Source: Scenedesmus sp. PABB004 (lineage: Eukaryota). From it: a stretch of DNA of 64,000 bases. Location of the stretch: NCBI GenBank assembly GCA_014905635.1, contig JABVCE010000016.1, positions 62,001 through 126,000 on the forward strand, in the 5' to 3' direction. The number at the start of each line of letters is the position of its first letter. Positions within the stretch are counted from its first letter, which is position 1. A model generated the notes under the pieces. That model did no database searches, was not told where the DNA came from, and saw only the letters and a program-made list of their open reading frames with translations. A program made the position numbers and the translations under genes. Positions 49,409 through 61,545 of the stretch are shown one piece after another.

Positions 49409-51108
49409 TCAACCGTCGTCGCCCGGCAGCGGCAGCACACAGAGCCAGACCTCCGGCGCGTGCCGGTGAGCCAGGCCCCGCGCGCTGCCCTGCTCGCCAC
49501 CACCGCCGGCCGCGTGCTGCGGCACGGCGTGCACGTGCTCGCCGCCGCGGCCCGGCCCAGAAACAATCAGCGCGCCGAGGCCACGCGCGCCAGGCGCCAG
49601 CTGCGCAGCGGCGCCCTCCAGCGCCGCCCAGGCCACCGCGTGCGCCGCCTCCGCCGGCTTGACGTGCAGCGCAACCACCTGCCCCGCCGCCGCGCCGCGC
49701 GACAGCGCGCCCGCCAGCGCCGCGGCGTCGGCGTGCGCGCCGACGCGCAGCACGCGCAGCGCACCTGCCGCAGCGGCCTGCAGCAGCGCCGCGCTCGCGG
49801 AGCCGCCGGCGGCGGCCTGCAGCAGCGCCGCCTCGGCGGAGCGGTCGCGCGTGCCGCCGCTGCTGGCGCCCGCGCCGCCGGGCGCGTCGTCGTCCAGCGT
49901 CGCGGACCACAGGCTGGCCGGCAGCGCGCCGTCGCCGCCGCTGGCAAGCGCCGCGCCCGCGATCGCTGCCGGTGCCGCCTGGCCTGCCGCCGCGACGTGC
50001 TGCTGCCGCTGCGCCGCGAGGCCCTGCAGCAGCTCTGTGGGCACGGACGTCACCCACAGCTGCAGCTCGCCCACGCTGCAGTCGGCCTGGCCGTGCCCGT
50101 GGCCGTTGCGGCGGTGGCCGTCGTGGTGGTGGCGACCGTGGCCGTCGTGGTGGCGCCCGTGGCCCGCATGGCCGCCGGCGTGCGGTGCGGGCGCGCCCGG
50201 CGCTGGCGGCGCCAGCCACCCGCCCGCCGTGCACAGCACCGGCTGCAGCAGCAGCGCCGCGCCGGGCGCCTGCGCCCCCGCGGCCGCGAGCAGCGCCGAC
50301 AGTGCCGCGCCCTGGCTCGGCAGCGCCGACACGAAGCAGCCGCCGTCGTCGCGCACGTGCCGGGTGAGGCGTTCGCGGGCCTTTGCGGCGCCGCCGCCCG
50401 CGCCCAGGCGCAGCTGATAGAAGTGCGGCTCGCCCGCCCCGTCCTGCTGCCCCTGCTGCTGCTTCTGCTGCTGCTGCCCCTGCTGCTGCTGCTCCGCGTC
50501 GTCGCCAGGCCCCGGGCCGCGCGGCCGTGCGCGAGCCGCCGCCGCGGCGGCGGCGCCGCGCGGTCGCGGAAGACGTGCCGCGCCTTCTTCTTGCCGCCGG
50601 CGGCCGCCTCCGCCGCCGCCCGCGCGTCCAGCTGGGCCTGCATGTGCTCGATCGCCTCGTCCATGTGCGGCAGCCGCGCGCGCACCACGTGGCCGCCGCC
50701 GGGGCGGCGCGCGTGCTGCGCGCCCGGCGGCGGCGCGGCGCGCGCGTGGAGCTGCTCCCCTCCCGCGGCCTGGGTTGGAGCACCCCTCAGCCTGCGCCGG
50801 GGACGCGTGGGAGGGAGGCGGCGGCGCGTGGGCGGCAGCGGCGCGTGCTGCCGCGTGCTGTCGCGTGCCGCTGCACGCTGCGCCGGCCACCGCGGCGCGC
50901 CGCCGGCCGCCCGGGCCGGCTACGGCATCACAGAGTTGCGCGTGGGCGCTGCGACGGGCTCGGGCGGGCCGCCGGGGCGTGCCGGAGCGCGGCTGCTGCG
51001 TGCGCCCGGCACCGGCGCCTGCGGGTCCTGGGCAGCGCACCGTGATGGCGCGGAGGGCACCGGCACGGCGTGGAGCGCGCCCGCGAGCACGGCGTGGCGG
51101 CGTAGCAT
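49409..51108 (-). CDS. Uncharacterised protein with two SpoVS/Alba-like repeats; 5' structure uncertain
   Basis: LRVLRVGAHADAAALAGALSRGAAAGQVVALHV..AHAVAWAALEGAAAQLAPG resembles SpoVS, with a weaker upstream copy. Candidate ATG at 51108 (gcaaaATG). Frame break near 50510. Confidence 0.45.
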
Positions 51109-51266
51109 TTTGCAGCCGTTGCCGCCGCAGAGAAGGTGCAGGTGCGTGCGCAACCCGTGCGGGTGGCCGGCCTGGCCTGCCCGGTGTGCGGCGACGGCGC
51201 CGCGGCGGCGGCTGTGCGGCGGGGCGGCGGTGCAGCGCGGCTGGGCCCTGCTGCGCGCTTCACCGC

Positions 51267-52856
51267 TCACTCCGCCCGGCGCGCGCGCTTGCCGCCGCCG
51301 CCGGACCGCAGCCCGGTCATCGCCGCCGCGGCCGCGGCCTCCGCATCGTCGCTCGGGTCGTCGCCCACGTCGGCGGCGCCGCGCCGCGCCGCCGCGCGGC
51401 GGCGGCCCTTGTAGTCCTGGTGGTGCAGGCGCTGCGGGATGCCCATGGCCGGGTGGCGCTCGCCGGCCATGTTGGGGTGGCGCGCGAGCAGCTCGAGCGC
51501 GTGCTCCAGCAGGAGCAGCCGCCCGGGCGCGGCGGCGGCGTCGCGCGCGGCCGGCGCCTGCGCGGCGGCGCGCGCGGCATGGGCGGGGTCGCGGCGCCTC
51601 TGCTGGGCCCCGCGCGCGCCGAGCCGGGGCCCCCGCGCGGCCCGGCCCGGCCCGGCCCGGCCCGGCCCGCACCTCCTGCATCTTCTGCACCAGCCGGGCC
51701 TGCGCCTCCAGCAGCCCGCTCACCGCCCTGTGGGGCCAGCGCCGGATGCCGAGCTCTCGCAGGAGGGCCTTGAAGCGCGTCGACCCCACGCCCAGCGCGC
51801 CCGCGGCGGACGCGTCGGCCGCCGTGCCGCGCGCGCCCTGCGCGGGCACCGCGGTGCGGCAGAACAGCTGCGCGCGCCGGCGGCGGGCGGGCGGGCATGG
51901 GCGCGTCACGCACAGGTCGTGGGTGCAGTGGGGGGTGCCGGCGTCGGCGCCGCGGCGGCCGGCGTGCTGCAGCGCGGCCACGCACCGGCACCAGGTCGGC
52001 GTACGCCACGGTCGCTGGCTGGCCGCCGCCGTCCCGCTCGCCGCCGTCGTCGCTGCCGGGCCCGCTGCCGCCCGCGCTGCCGCCCGGGCGCCGGCGCAGC
52101 ACCACGACCGCCGCGCGGTCGACGGGCTCGCCGAGCGCCCCCTCGGCGCGCAGCGCTGCCTCGATGGGCTGCAGCTGCTGCAGCAGCGCGGCGCTCCGCG
52201 CGGCGCCCGGCAGTAGCGCCGCGAGCGCCGGCACCGCCGCGTCGGCCAGCGCCTGCGCCTGCGCGATGCCCAGCACGGGGCCGCGCGCCTGCTGCTGTTG
52301 CTGCGCCGCCGCCTCCTGCGCGCGCCTCGCCCTCCTGCCGGGCTGGCCGGGCGGCGGCGCTGGAACGTCAGGACCCGGCGCGGCCAGCTGCTGCGCCATG
52401 AGCTGCGCGATGCTGACCACCAGCTGCACGTCGGGCGCCTGCACGTCTGCCAGCTGCTCGCGCGCCGCGGCGCCGCGCGCCCGCCGGGCCGGCGACGCGA
52501 GCTGGCAGGGTCCCATCAGTCTGCTGCGGCCGCCGCGCCTCGCCGGCTGGGGGACCTGCAGGCAACGGGGGGTGTTGCACGGTCAGCAGCACGTCTGGCC
52601 GCGCAGCAGCGATCCGCGGGCAGCACACGCTGCGCTGGTGCCGTGCCGGCGCGCGCTGGCGATCGCCCACGACTACTCGGACTTCAGCTGCGCCGCATCC
52701 ACCGCGTCCTCGCAGTTCTGAAACGGCTCCCGGGCAGCTCGCGCGCACCTGGGTGAGCGCAGGGGCCGCAGGAGGGCGTGCCAGGCAGCAGCGGCGTACG
52801 AGGGCGTCGACAGTGACCCTGAGCAGCTTCGGGCGGTGCGTTGGCGTGTGGAGCAT
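51267..52856 (-). CDS. RWP-RK (RKD-like) transcription factor
   Basis: VAYADLVP..AAGALGVGSTRFKALLRELGIRRWPHRAVSGL, then a helical exon ending QRLHHQDYKGRRR. First exon and start are tentative. Confidence 0.7.
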
Positions 52857-53737
52857 GGAGGCATCTGCGCGCCTGCGCCGGTGGCGGCCCGCCCGGCGCA
52901 CGGCGGGCAGCGCTCCGCGCCATCAAAGTTGCGCCCCCTCGCGCCCCCGCCCGCACACGCGCCCACACGTCGCCAGCGCGCGTTCGGAGGCTGTAAATGA
53001 GATGTAAACGATGTTGGAATGACAAAACCGGCGTGTTCGGCACGGTCGTAGCGGCCAGTCACCCGGCAGCGCGCTCAGCGGCGAACGGCGGCAGCGCCCG
53101 GCCAGAGCGCTCGTCTCAACCGCGTGTTGTTACACGGATCCTCCCCCAGTCAAGTGCTGCCCACGCAGGCACGGCCGCGGCCGCGCCGGCGCAAGGGTGG
53201 TCACGCAGGAGGCGCGCACGCGGGGCGCTGTGCTGCCGCGCCCCGGCGGGCTGGGCGGCAGCAGCGCCCGTGCTCGCGCGCCGCCGCAGCGTGGAATCAG
53301 GGTGTCGTGCAGCCCCCCGGTCACGCAGAGCCCATCCATCGCGTCATATCATGCACAAAAAACAAGGCCTCCTGCAGAGCCGGCTGCCGCAGCGCGGCCG
53401 CGCGCCAACGCGGCGCGCCGACGCCGCCGGGGTGTGCGTCGCGCGTGCCAGCGGCCCGCTGCACTGGCGGAGCCAGTCAAGCGGTGCGTGCGTAAGTGAA
53501 CCCCTCAGCCCCCACAAGGCTGCACGTGTCGCTCCGGCGCCCTCACTGGGCTGGGAAGTGAGCGCCGCCGCGGGTCGCGGGGACGCCGCGCCGCCCCGGC
53601 CCGCCGCCGCGCAGTGCGCCCCGTGCCCGCCCCTCCCAGCCAGCCACGTTCCTCGTGTGTGTGCGTGCGTCGCCAGCCTGCCCCACACCGGTGCGCCGCG
53701 TGCCCCCCGCCGTTGTTTGCAGCTGCGCCGCCGCCGC

Positions 53738-54849
53738 TCACACCTCCTGCCCAGCGTCCTGCATCGCCGCGTCGCCGCCCGGCTCCTGCTCCTGCTGCTC
53801 CCGCCCCTCGCTCCCCGCCCGCCCCGCCGCCGCGGCGGGCGCGCCCGCGCGCGGCGCCGAGCCGCCCGCGCCCGCGGCCGCGCTGGCCGCGGCTGCCAGG
53901 CTCGCGCGCACGTCCATGAGGCGCTGCAGGTGTGCCAGCAGCGCGTCGCCGTCGGCCGCGACCGGCAGGCGGCAGCCCATGGCCGCCGCGCCGGCGGCGA
54001 GCTCGGCCTCGCTGAACGCGGCCGGCGGCGTCGCCGTGGCGGCCGCGGGGCCAAACAGCGCGATCGCCGCCAGGTCAAACATGCGGTTGAAGTAGTTCGC
54101 CGCCGCCGACGCGGCCTCGCCGGCGGTGTCGCTGGCGCGCGCGCCCGCGGCAGCGCCGGCCGCGCCGCCCTTGTCGGAGCCCGCCGCGGCGGCGCCGCCG
54201 GCGGCCTCGTCGCCGGCGGGGCCGTCCGCGCCCGCGTCGGCCGCGCCCGCGCCGTCCGCGGCCGCGTGGCTGCCGCGCGCGCGCTTGCGGCCGCGCGCGC
54301 GCCCCGGCGGCTCCCAGCCCGCCTCGCCGGCGTCGTCGCCGGCCGCGGCGCCGCCCTCGCTGTCGGCCGCCGACGCGCGGCCGCCGCCGGCGGCGGCGGC
54401 GGCTGCTGCGCGCGTCCCGCCGGCGCCGCCGCCGGCGTCGCCGCCGGCGGCCGCCGCCGCCGCCGCCGCGCCGAGCAGCTGCTCCGGCGCGAGGCCCGCC
54501 AGGAGCGGGTGCTCGAGCTGCAGGTGTGGGTGCTTGGACAGGATCTGGCACGCCGCCGTGAGGAGGTCGGCGCGCGTGTAGGTGTCCTCTGGGAAGTTGA
54601 GCCGCGCGCCGCACGGCCCGCGCAGCGCGAGCGCCGCGGCGTCGCGCGCGCGCGCCGCGACGCGCGGGCAGGCGTAGCAGCACCAGAACGCGTAGGTCCC
54701 GTCGTGCCCGAACCGCACCGCCGCCTGCCACTTGCCCGCGCGCTTGCGCGACACGCCCAGGTAGTTGCACGACGTCGGCGGGCCGCTCGCCGCGTCGCCG
54801 TCGGCGCTGTCGTACTGCGGCTTGTTCACGACCCGGGCCTTGCCGCCGC

Positions 54850-54884
<35 letters not shown>

Positions 54885-56744
54885 CCGTGCGCCGCGCCGC
54901 GCCGCCGCCGGCGCGCGCGGCGCCGGCCTTGGCCGCGCCGGCGCCGCCGCGGCGGCGCGGCTTGGCGGGCGGCGCGGCCGCCCAGTCGCCGGCGTCGTGG
55001 TCGCCGTCCAGGTCGTACAGGCCCTCGTCGTCCTCCTCCTCCTCCGCCCCGCCGCCGCCCAGGTCGTCGGCGGCGTCGTTCGAGACGTCGTCGTCCTGGT
55101 CGCCCCCCGCGCCGCGGCCGGGGCCGAGGTGGCTCGCGCCGGGCGGCGCGCGGCGCTTGCGGCGGCGCGCGCCGCCGCCGCTGCCGGCGGGCCAGCCGTC
55201 CTCGGAGCCGTCGCCGGAGGCCTCGTCCCAGTCGGCCGAGCCGGCCGCGCCGCCGGCGTGGCTCGCGCCCGGCGCGCTGCCGAGCTCGCTGCTAACCATC
55301 TGGTCCAGCATCAGCAGCTGCTCGCCCCAGCGCTGCGGCTTGCGCTGCCGCTTGCCGCGGCCGAGCTCGCCGGCGCCGTCGGGCGCGGGCGAGGCGCCGC
55401 GCGAGCCGCGCGGCTCGTCGCGCGCGCCCGCGCCGCCGACGACCGTCGGGCGCAGCGGCGCGAGGCCCGACTGGTGGCATGGCTCGCTGCCGCCGTCCTC
55501 GCTGCTGCGCCGCCGGCGGCCGTCCGCGACGACGCCGGCGGAGCCGTACGAGTCGCGGTCGCTGCCGTCGTGGCGCAGCGCGGCGACGCGCGCCTGCGGC
55601 GCAAAACCGGCGCCCTTGGGCCGCGCGGCCTTGCCGCCGGCGGCGGCCTTGCCGCCCGCGGGGCCGGCGTGCGCCGCCGCCATGGCGCCCAGCATCATCA
55701 GCGCCTGGCAGCAGCCCTCCAGCTCCTCGCCGCCCGGGCTCAGCAGCGTGCCCTGCAGCGCCTTGTGCAGCGCGACAGGCGAGGTCACGTCGACCTGCAG
55801 CCCGCTCTTGGCCGCCGCCTCGGCGACCGCCGCCATCAGCTCGGGCGGCACGGCCACCCCGCCCGCCGGGGGCGCGCCCGCGCCGCCGCCGGGCTCGCCC
55901 GCCGGCAGCGCCTCGGCCTCGCCGGCGGCGCGCGCGTCGCTCGCCGGCTCTGCCGCGGGCTGCGCAGCCGCCTCGCCCTCTGCGCCGGCCGCGGCGCCGA
56001 CGCCGGCCGGCGCGGGCGCGGGCGCGGGCGCCTCCGCGGCCGCCGCGGGAAGCGCCCCGGCGGGCGGCTCCGCGGCCGCCCGGCGGCGCTCGTCTGCTCG
56101 CCGCCGCGCCCGGGCGCCACGCACTGGCTGCTGTTGGGGCTGCTGCTGCGGCTGTCGCCGTCGCGCGGCGCGGCGCCGACCACGCCGCCGCGCGCCGGCG
56201 CCGGCCCGTCCGCGGGCGCGGTGTCGGCGCTCGGGGAGCGCAGGGCGTCCATGAGCAGGCTGTGGAAGGTGCCGCCGCCGGGCAACTGTCCCGCCGCCGC
56301 AGCGGCGGCCGCCGCGCCAGGCTGTGCTGCGGCCCCGCACTGCTGTTGGGCGACGCCGCCGCCCTCGGGCGCTGCGCCGCACTGGTGCGGCTGCACAAAC
56401 ACGAGCTGCGGCCCGTAGCTGCCCAGCGCCCAGTGCTGCAGCTGCTGCTGCTGCTGCTGCCCCACCGCGGGCGCCAGCATCGCCGCCGGCGGCCCCGCCG
56501 ACGTGGCGGGGATGAAGAGCGGCGCCGGCGCCGGCAGGAACGCGAACCCCGTGCCGCGCAGGCCGGCGGCGAGCTGCTGCTGCTGCTGCTGGTGCTGCTG
56601 CTGCGCCTGCTGCTGCTGCTGCGCCTGCTGCTGCTGCTGCGCGGCCAGGAGCGCCGCGGCGAACGCCGCGCCGTGCGGTCCCGCCGCGCCGGGCCCGCCG
56701 GTGTGCGGCAGGCCGTGCTGTAGGCCCTCCAGGGCGTTGGACAT
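53738..56744 (-). CDS. AP2/ERF-domain transcription factor with frame discontinuities
   Basis: NYLGVSRKRAGKWQAAVRF..AARARDAAALALRG..ARLNFP; poly-Q N-terminus from MSNALEG. Coding signal moves across three frames. TGTAA on - at 53130-53134. Confidence 0.75.
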
Positions 56745-57632
56745 TGCCACGCTGTCGCCGCGCGCGGGCGCGCGCGGGCGCGCGCGGGCGCGCGCAAGCC
56801 TGGGCGCGCGCGCCGCTGCTGCCGGCCCGCGCCGCCGCTGCGGGCGCGCCGCCGGGCGTGCGGTGGCCTGCCGGGCCCTCAAGCGGCCCGGGGCACGTCA
56901 CTGCGCGCGCGGGCCCGGCTCGTCGGCGGGGGCGCGGGGCGCGGCAGCAAAGTGGCGGGGAAATCGCTGACCGCAGGTAGAGCAGCGCTCGGCCGGCCTG
57001 GCGTTATTCCGCCTGCGTGGTGGGTGCGGCCGAGAGGAGGTAGGTGTCAGGGGCCGGCCAGGCGGGCGCGGCGACGCGCGTGCGCGCGGGTCGGGCACGC
57101 TGGCAGTCGCGGGCCTTGCCGGCCGGCCGGCGCGCGGTCAGGCGCCCTGCCGCTGCTGCAGCGCGGGCGTCGGAGCCGCCAATGCGTGATGTAACGGCCC
57201 AGCCCGGCCGCGCGTCGCGAGCGCGCCCCGGCGCGGCGCACGGGCCGGCAGCAGCGCGCGGCAGCACTGCTGCTGCGAGCGGCGCGGCCGCGCACCTGCG
57301 TGGCGTGCTCCTGGAGCGCCCCGTGGCGAGACTGAGCGCGAGCGAGGCGGCGGCACACGCCGGGCGGCCCGCAGGCGAGGCGGGGTGCAACCACCCCGCG
57401 CCGCGGCGGTCTGCTGAACCCAGTCGCCCTTGCTCGCCGTGCGGTCCTGTTGCCCGATGCGTGACGAGCTCACGCCGCCGCCGGTCGGAGGTCTGCGCCG
57501 CGGCCGCCGCTGCCGCCGCCGCTGCCGTCGCTGCCGCCGCTGCCGCCGTCGCCGCCGCTGCCGCCGCTGCCGCCGCTGCCGCCGCCGGCGCCTGTGAGGC
57601 CGCACGCAGCCGCCGCCGCGCCAGTCCCGCGC

Positions 57633-58739
57633 ATGGCGCGAACGTGGGACCGCAGCCGCAGCCGCAGCCGCAGCCGCCAGCGTGGCAGCAGCAGCGGCCG
57701 GCGCAAGCGCAGCCGGTGCGCGCCGGCGCGCCGCTGGCCCTCGCCTGCGCGGCGGCGGCTCCGCCACGACCGGGGCTCCGCCCTTGCCCCAGGCCGCCGA
57801 CCGCCGCCGCGCAGGACGCACAGCGGCTCACCTCGGCGGTCGCCGGCGCGCCCGGCGGCGCGGCCCGCCGGCAAGCGGTGCGCGCCACGCACGCGCTCAC
57901 GGCGGGCGGAGAGCGGCGGGCGGGCGGCTGGCCCCGTGCCGCCCGCCGGCACCGACCCCACGCCGCGCGTTTGCTTGCACCCGCGCGCCGCAGGCAGCGC
58001 AACTACCGCAAAGCCACCCAGAGCGAGGCGTGAGTGGGGCGGGGAGGGGCCGGCGGGCGGGCGGGCGGGCGGGCGCGCCTGGGGCGCGCGCGCCGCGCCG
58101 CGCCGCGCGGCGCGGCGCCCGACGGCGCCCGGCGGCGCCCCGCAGCGACGCGGCGCAGCGCGCGCCCGACGCGGTGCAGCTGGAGGAGGAGGCGCTTACA
58201 CGCATCGCGGCGGCCGTGGCGGAGCGCTACGCGGCGGCAGTCGCGGGTGGGCGCGCGCGCGGCAGCCGCACCCAGGCGCCGCCGCGCGAGCCGAGCCCCG
58301 CCGTCGCGCGAGCGAGCCCGGCCGCCGCCGCGGGCCCCACCGACCGTTGGCCAGGCCCCGAGGTCGCGGCCCGCATCCAGGCGCGGCTGAAGGAGGAGCG
58401 CGGCCGGCTGGAGGGCCGGCTGGAGGCGCAGCTGGAGGAGGAGCGGCAGGCGCTGCTCGAGAGAAAGCGCAAGGTCGGCGCGGCGCGGCGCGGCCTGCGG
58501 GCAGCAGCAGCGCGCGCGGCGCGCGCGCCCCGGGCGCGACCCGCCCGCCGCCGCCCTAAACCCTGCGGCCGCAGGTCCGCGCGGAGGCGCGGCGGCAGCA
58601 GGAGGAGCTGGAGAAGATCCTGGAAGAGAATCGGCGGCGAGCCGTCGAAGCAGCGCAGGGCGGGGCGGCGGGCGGGGCGGCGGCGGCGCCCGCCCGCCCC
58701 GCGCCGCGGAGCGGGGGCGGCATGATCCTGGTCGAGTGA
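57633..58739 (+). CDS. ARGLU1: Arginine/glutamate-rich protein 1-like
   Basis: RS-rich N-terminus, then LEEEALTRIAAAV..IQARLKEERGRLE..QLEEERQ..EELEKILEENRRR. Six exons with consistent phases. Confidence 0.75.
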
Positions 58740-58893
58740 CCTGCCGCGCCGCGCTGGCCAGCGCCGGCCGCAGGATGATGAAACCGCGGACCCCACGTTG
58801 CAAGCGCCGCGCGCCGCGACCGGCCGCGCCGCGCGCGCGCACACGCCGCCGCCGCCGCCACGCGCAGCGCCGCGCGCCGCGCCGGCGCCCCGC

Positions 58894-61280
58894 TCACATG
58901 TCCTCCTGCGCCCACATGCGCGCCTCGGCCTCCTGCGCGGCGCGCGTGTTCATCTGCTTGAACATGTTCTTTTCGAACCCGTTTGACCGGTCCACGCCGT
59001 CCCAGTGGCGCCCGGGGCGCAGGCCGTAGCGGTTGGCCGCCGCCGCGACGCCGCGGCGCAGCCAGCTGTGCGGCGGCACCTCCTGCGGGATGTTGAAGCC
59101 TGGCGCGGCACGGCGCAGAGCGGGGGAGGGCGGTGACGGCCGGGCGCGCGCGCGGCGGCGGGGCGCCGGCCGGGCGCCGCGCATCCCCCCGCGCGCCAGC
59201 CCGCCCGCGCGCCGCGCACCCGACTCCTCCATCGCCGCGCGGTTGGCGTCGGTGATCAGCGGCGGCGGCAGGTCAAACGCGTCGCGCTTCTTCTTGAGCT
59301 TGCCGGCCATCGGGTCGCCCCACCTGCGGCAGCGCCTCCGTGAGCGCGCGCGCTGGGGCAGCGGGCCGGCGCAGAGGCGGCCGGGCGCGGCGCGCGCGCG
59401 GGCCGCCCGCGCAGCGGCCCACCGGTCGCGGCGCTTGTAGTCGGCGTCGGCGTCGTCGTCGAAGCCCCTGCAGCGGCGGCGCGCGCGGAGGACGGTGAGG
59501 CGGGCGCGCGGGCGCCGCCCCGGGCTGGGGAGGGGTGGCCGGCCGGCGGAGCGGCGCGGCGCGCGCACGCGCACCGTGCGAACGCCTTGCCCGCCTCGGC
59601 CGCCGCGCGCTGCGCCGCCTCGGCCGCGGCGCGCTGCTGCGCGAGGCCGCCCTTCCACGCGACGTTAATCTCCTCAGCCGCCGGCTTCTTCTGCCGCGCC
59701 TTAGCCGTCTGCGCGGCGGCGGCAGGCGGCAGGCAGGCGGCGGGCGCGGGGCGCGAAACGTGGGCGTCGGTCGGCCTGCGCGCGGCGGGCGGCCGCGGCG
59801 GCCGGCCAGCGCGCAGAGCGGCGGCGGCGGCGGATGCGGCGCGCAGAGCCCGGCGGCGTGCGCCTCTCGCCTGCTCCGCAAACTCCTCGGCGCTGATGAC
59901 GCGGCCAGTCTCGCGGTCGCGGTACACGGTGGCCTCGCCCCGCCCCGACGCGTTGCGCCTGCGCGCCGCGGCGGCGGCGGCAGCGGTGTTTGCGGCGCGG
60001 CGCGGCCGGCGCGCGCAGCCGCCGCCGCGCGGCGCAGGCTGGCGAGGCAGCGGCCCCCGCCGCGCCGAGCCGCCGGGCGCGCCTGCGCTCCTCCGCCTGC
60101 GCGCGCAGCCGCGCGGTCTGCTCCTCCAGCTGCTGCGCCGTGACGAGGCCCACCGTGCTGCCGTCCGCCATGCGCGTGGGGCCGCCGCGCCGGGCGGGGC
60201 TGGCGCTGCGCTCGCGGCCGCGCCGCGGCGGCGACGCGTCGGGCGGGGAGTCGTGCCGCGCCCGGCCGCGCCGCGGCGGCGAGAGGTCGCCGCCGCCGGC
60301 TGCTGCTGCTGCTCCCGCCGTCGCCGCCGCGCCGCGCCGCGGCGGCGAGAGGTCCCTGCCGCCGGCCGCCGCTGCTGCCGCGGGGGAGTCATGCCGCCGC
60401 CGCGGCGGCGACGCGTCGGGCGGGGAGTCGTGCCGCGCCCGGCCGCGCCGCGGCGGCGACAGGTCGCCGCCGGCTGCTGCTGCTGCTCCGGACGTCGCCG
60501 CCGCGCCGCGCCGCGGCGGAGAGAGGTCGGGCGAGTCGTGCCGGCCGCGCCGCGGCGGCGAGAGGTCCCTGCCGCCGGCCGCCGCTGCTGCCGCGGGGGA
60601 GTCGTGCCGCCGCCGCCGCGGCGGCGACGCGTCTGGCGAGAGCGAGCGCATTCGCCCGCGCCGCGGCGGCGAGAGGTCGCCGCCGCCGGCGGGCGAGTCG
60701 TGCCGCGCCCGGCCGCGCCGCTGCTGCTGCTGCTCTGCGCCGGCGTCCACCCAGCCGCTGCCGTCCTGCTGCACCTGGTAGAAGTTCTTGGCCTGCGCGC
60801 GGCGGGGCGGGGCGGGGCGGGGCAGGTGAGGGCGCCGCGGCAGCGCCGGAGCAGCAGCGGCGCGCAGCGTGCCGCTGCTGCCGGCGGCCGCACCTTCTCG
60901 ATTTGGACCTTGAAGGCCTCCACCTCCTCCGGGTTGGCCACCACGGGCTCCTCCTCTGCGGGGCGGCGCGGCGCGGTCAGGCGGGGCGCGGGCCGGGGCA
61001 GCACGGCCGGCAACGGCAGCAGCGCCGCACCGTCGGCGTCGCCCGCCTCCCGGGCCAGCGCGCGCGGCTCGGGGTCGCCCAGGTTCTCGAAGCCCGTGAC
61101 ATCGCCGTCCACAATGGACACTGCGCCGGGCTGCGGCTTCCTCTTCTTGCGCCGTTTCTTGTCGCCATCGCCGCCGTCGCCGTCGGTGTACTTTTTGAGG
61201 TAGTCCTGCAGCGCCTTGCCCTGCGCGCTGAGCTCCTTCTTGGGCTCGTCCTTGCGCAGCGTGCTGAGGCCGCTGAACAT
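58894..61280 (-). CDS. BUD13: Pre-mRNA splicing factor BUD13 (RES complex)
   Basis: [20 protein letters not shown] repeats, [40 protein letters not shown]. Confidence 0.95.
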
Positions 61281-61545
61281 TGCTGCCGCGCCGCGCCGCG
61301 GCGGCGGCGGCCGGGCAGCAGCGGCAGCGGCAGCGGCAGCGGGCTCGGTGCGCGCGCTCGTGCGGGGCTGGCGGGGAGGGGGGGGGACCAGGCGTGGGAG
61401 TGTGGGGCAGCGGCGGCGGCGCCAGCGGCAGGGCGGCCGGCGCGCAACGTGGTGGTTCAGCTCGCAGAGCCCCGCGCTGCGCGCCAACTCGCGCCCCGCG
61501 CCCCGCGCCAACTCGCCGCCGTGGCGCCGCGGGCACCGCCGCCGC

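Noticed and set aside
58772..58800. ATGATGA box-C-like motif suggesting a snoRNA or SECIS
   Set aside because: No matching box D, terminal stem or SECIS geometry seen.
60200..60720. Tandem repeats in BUD13
   Set aside because: [12 protein letters not shown] repeats are a normal feature of BUD13 proteins.
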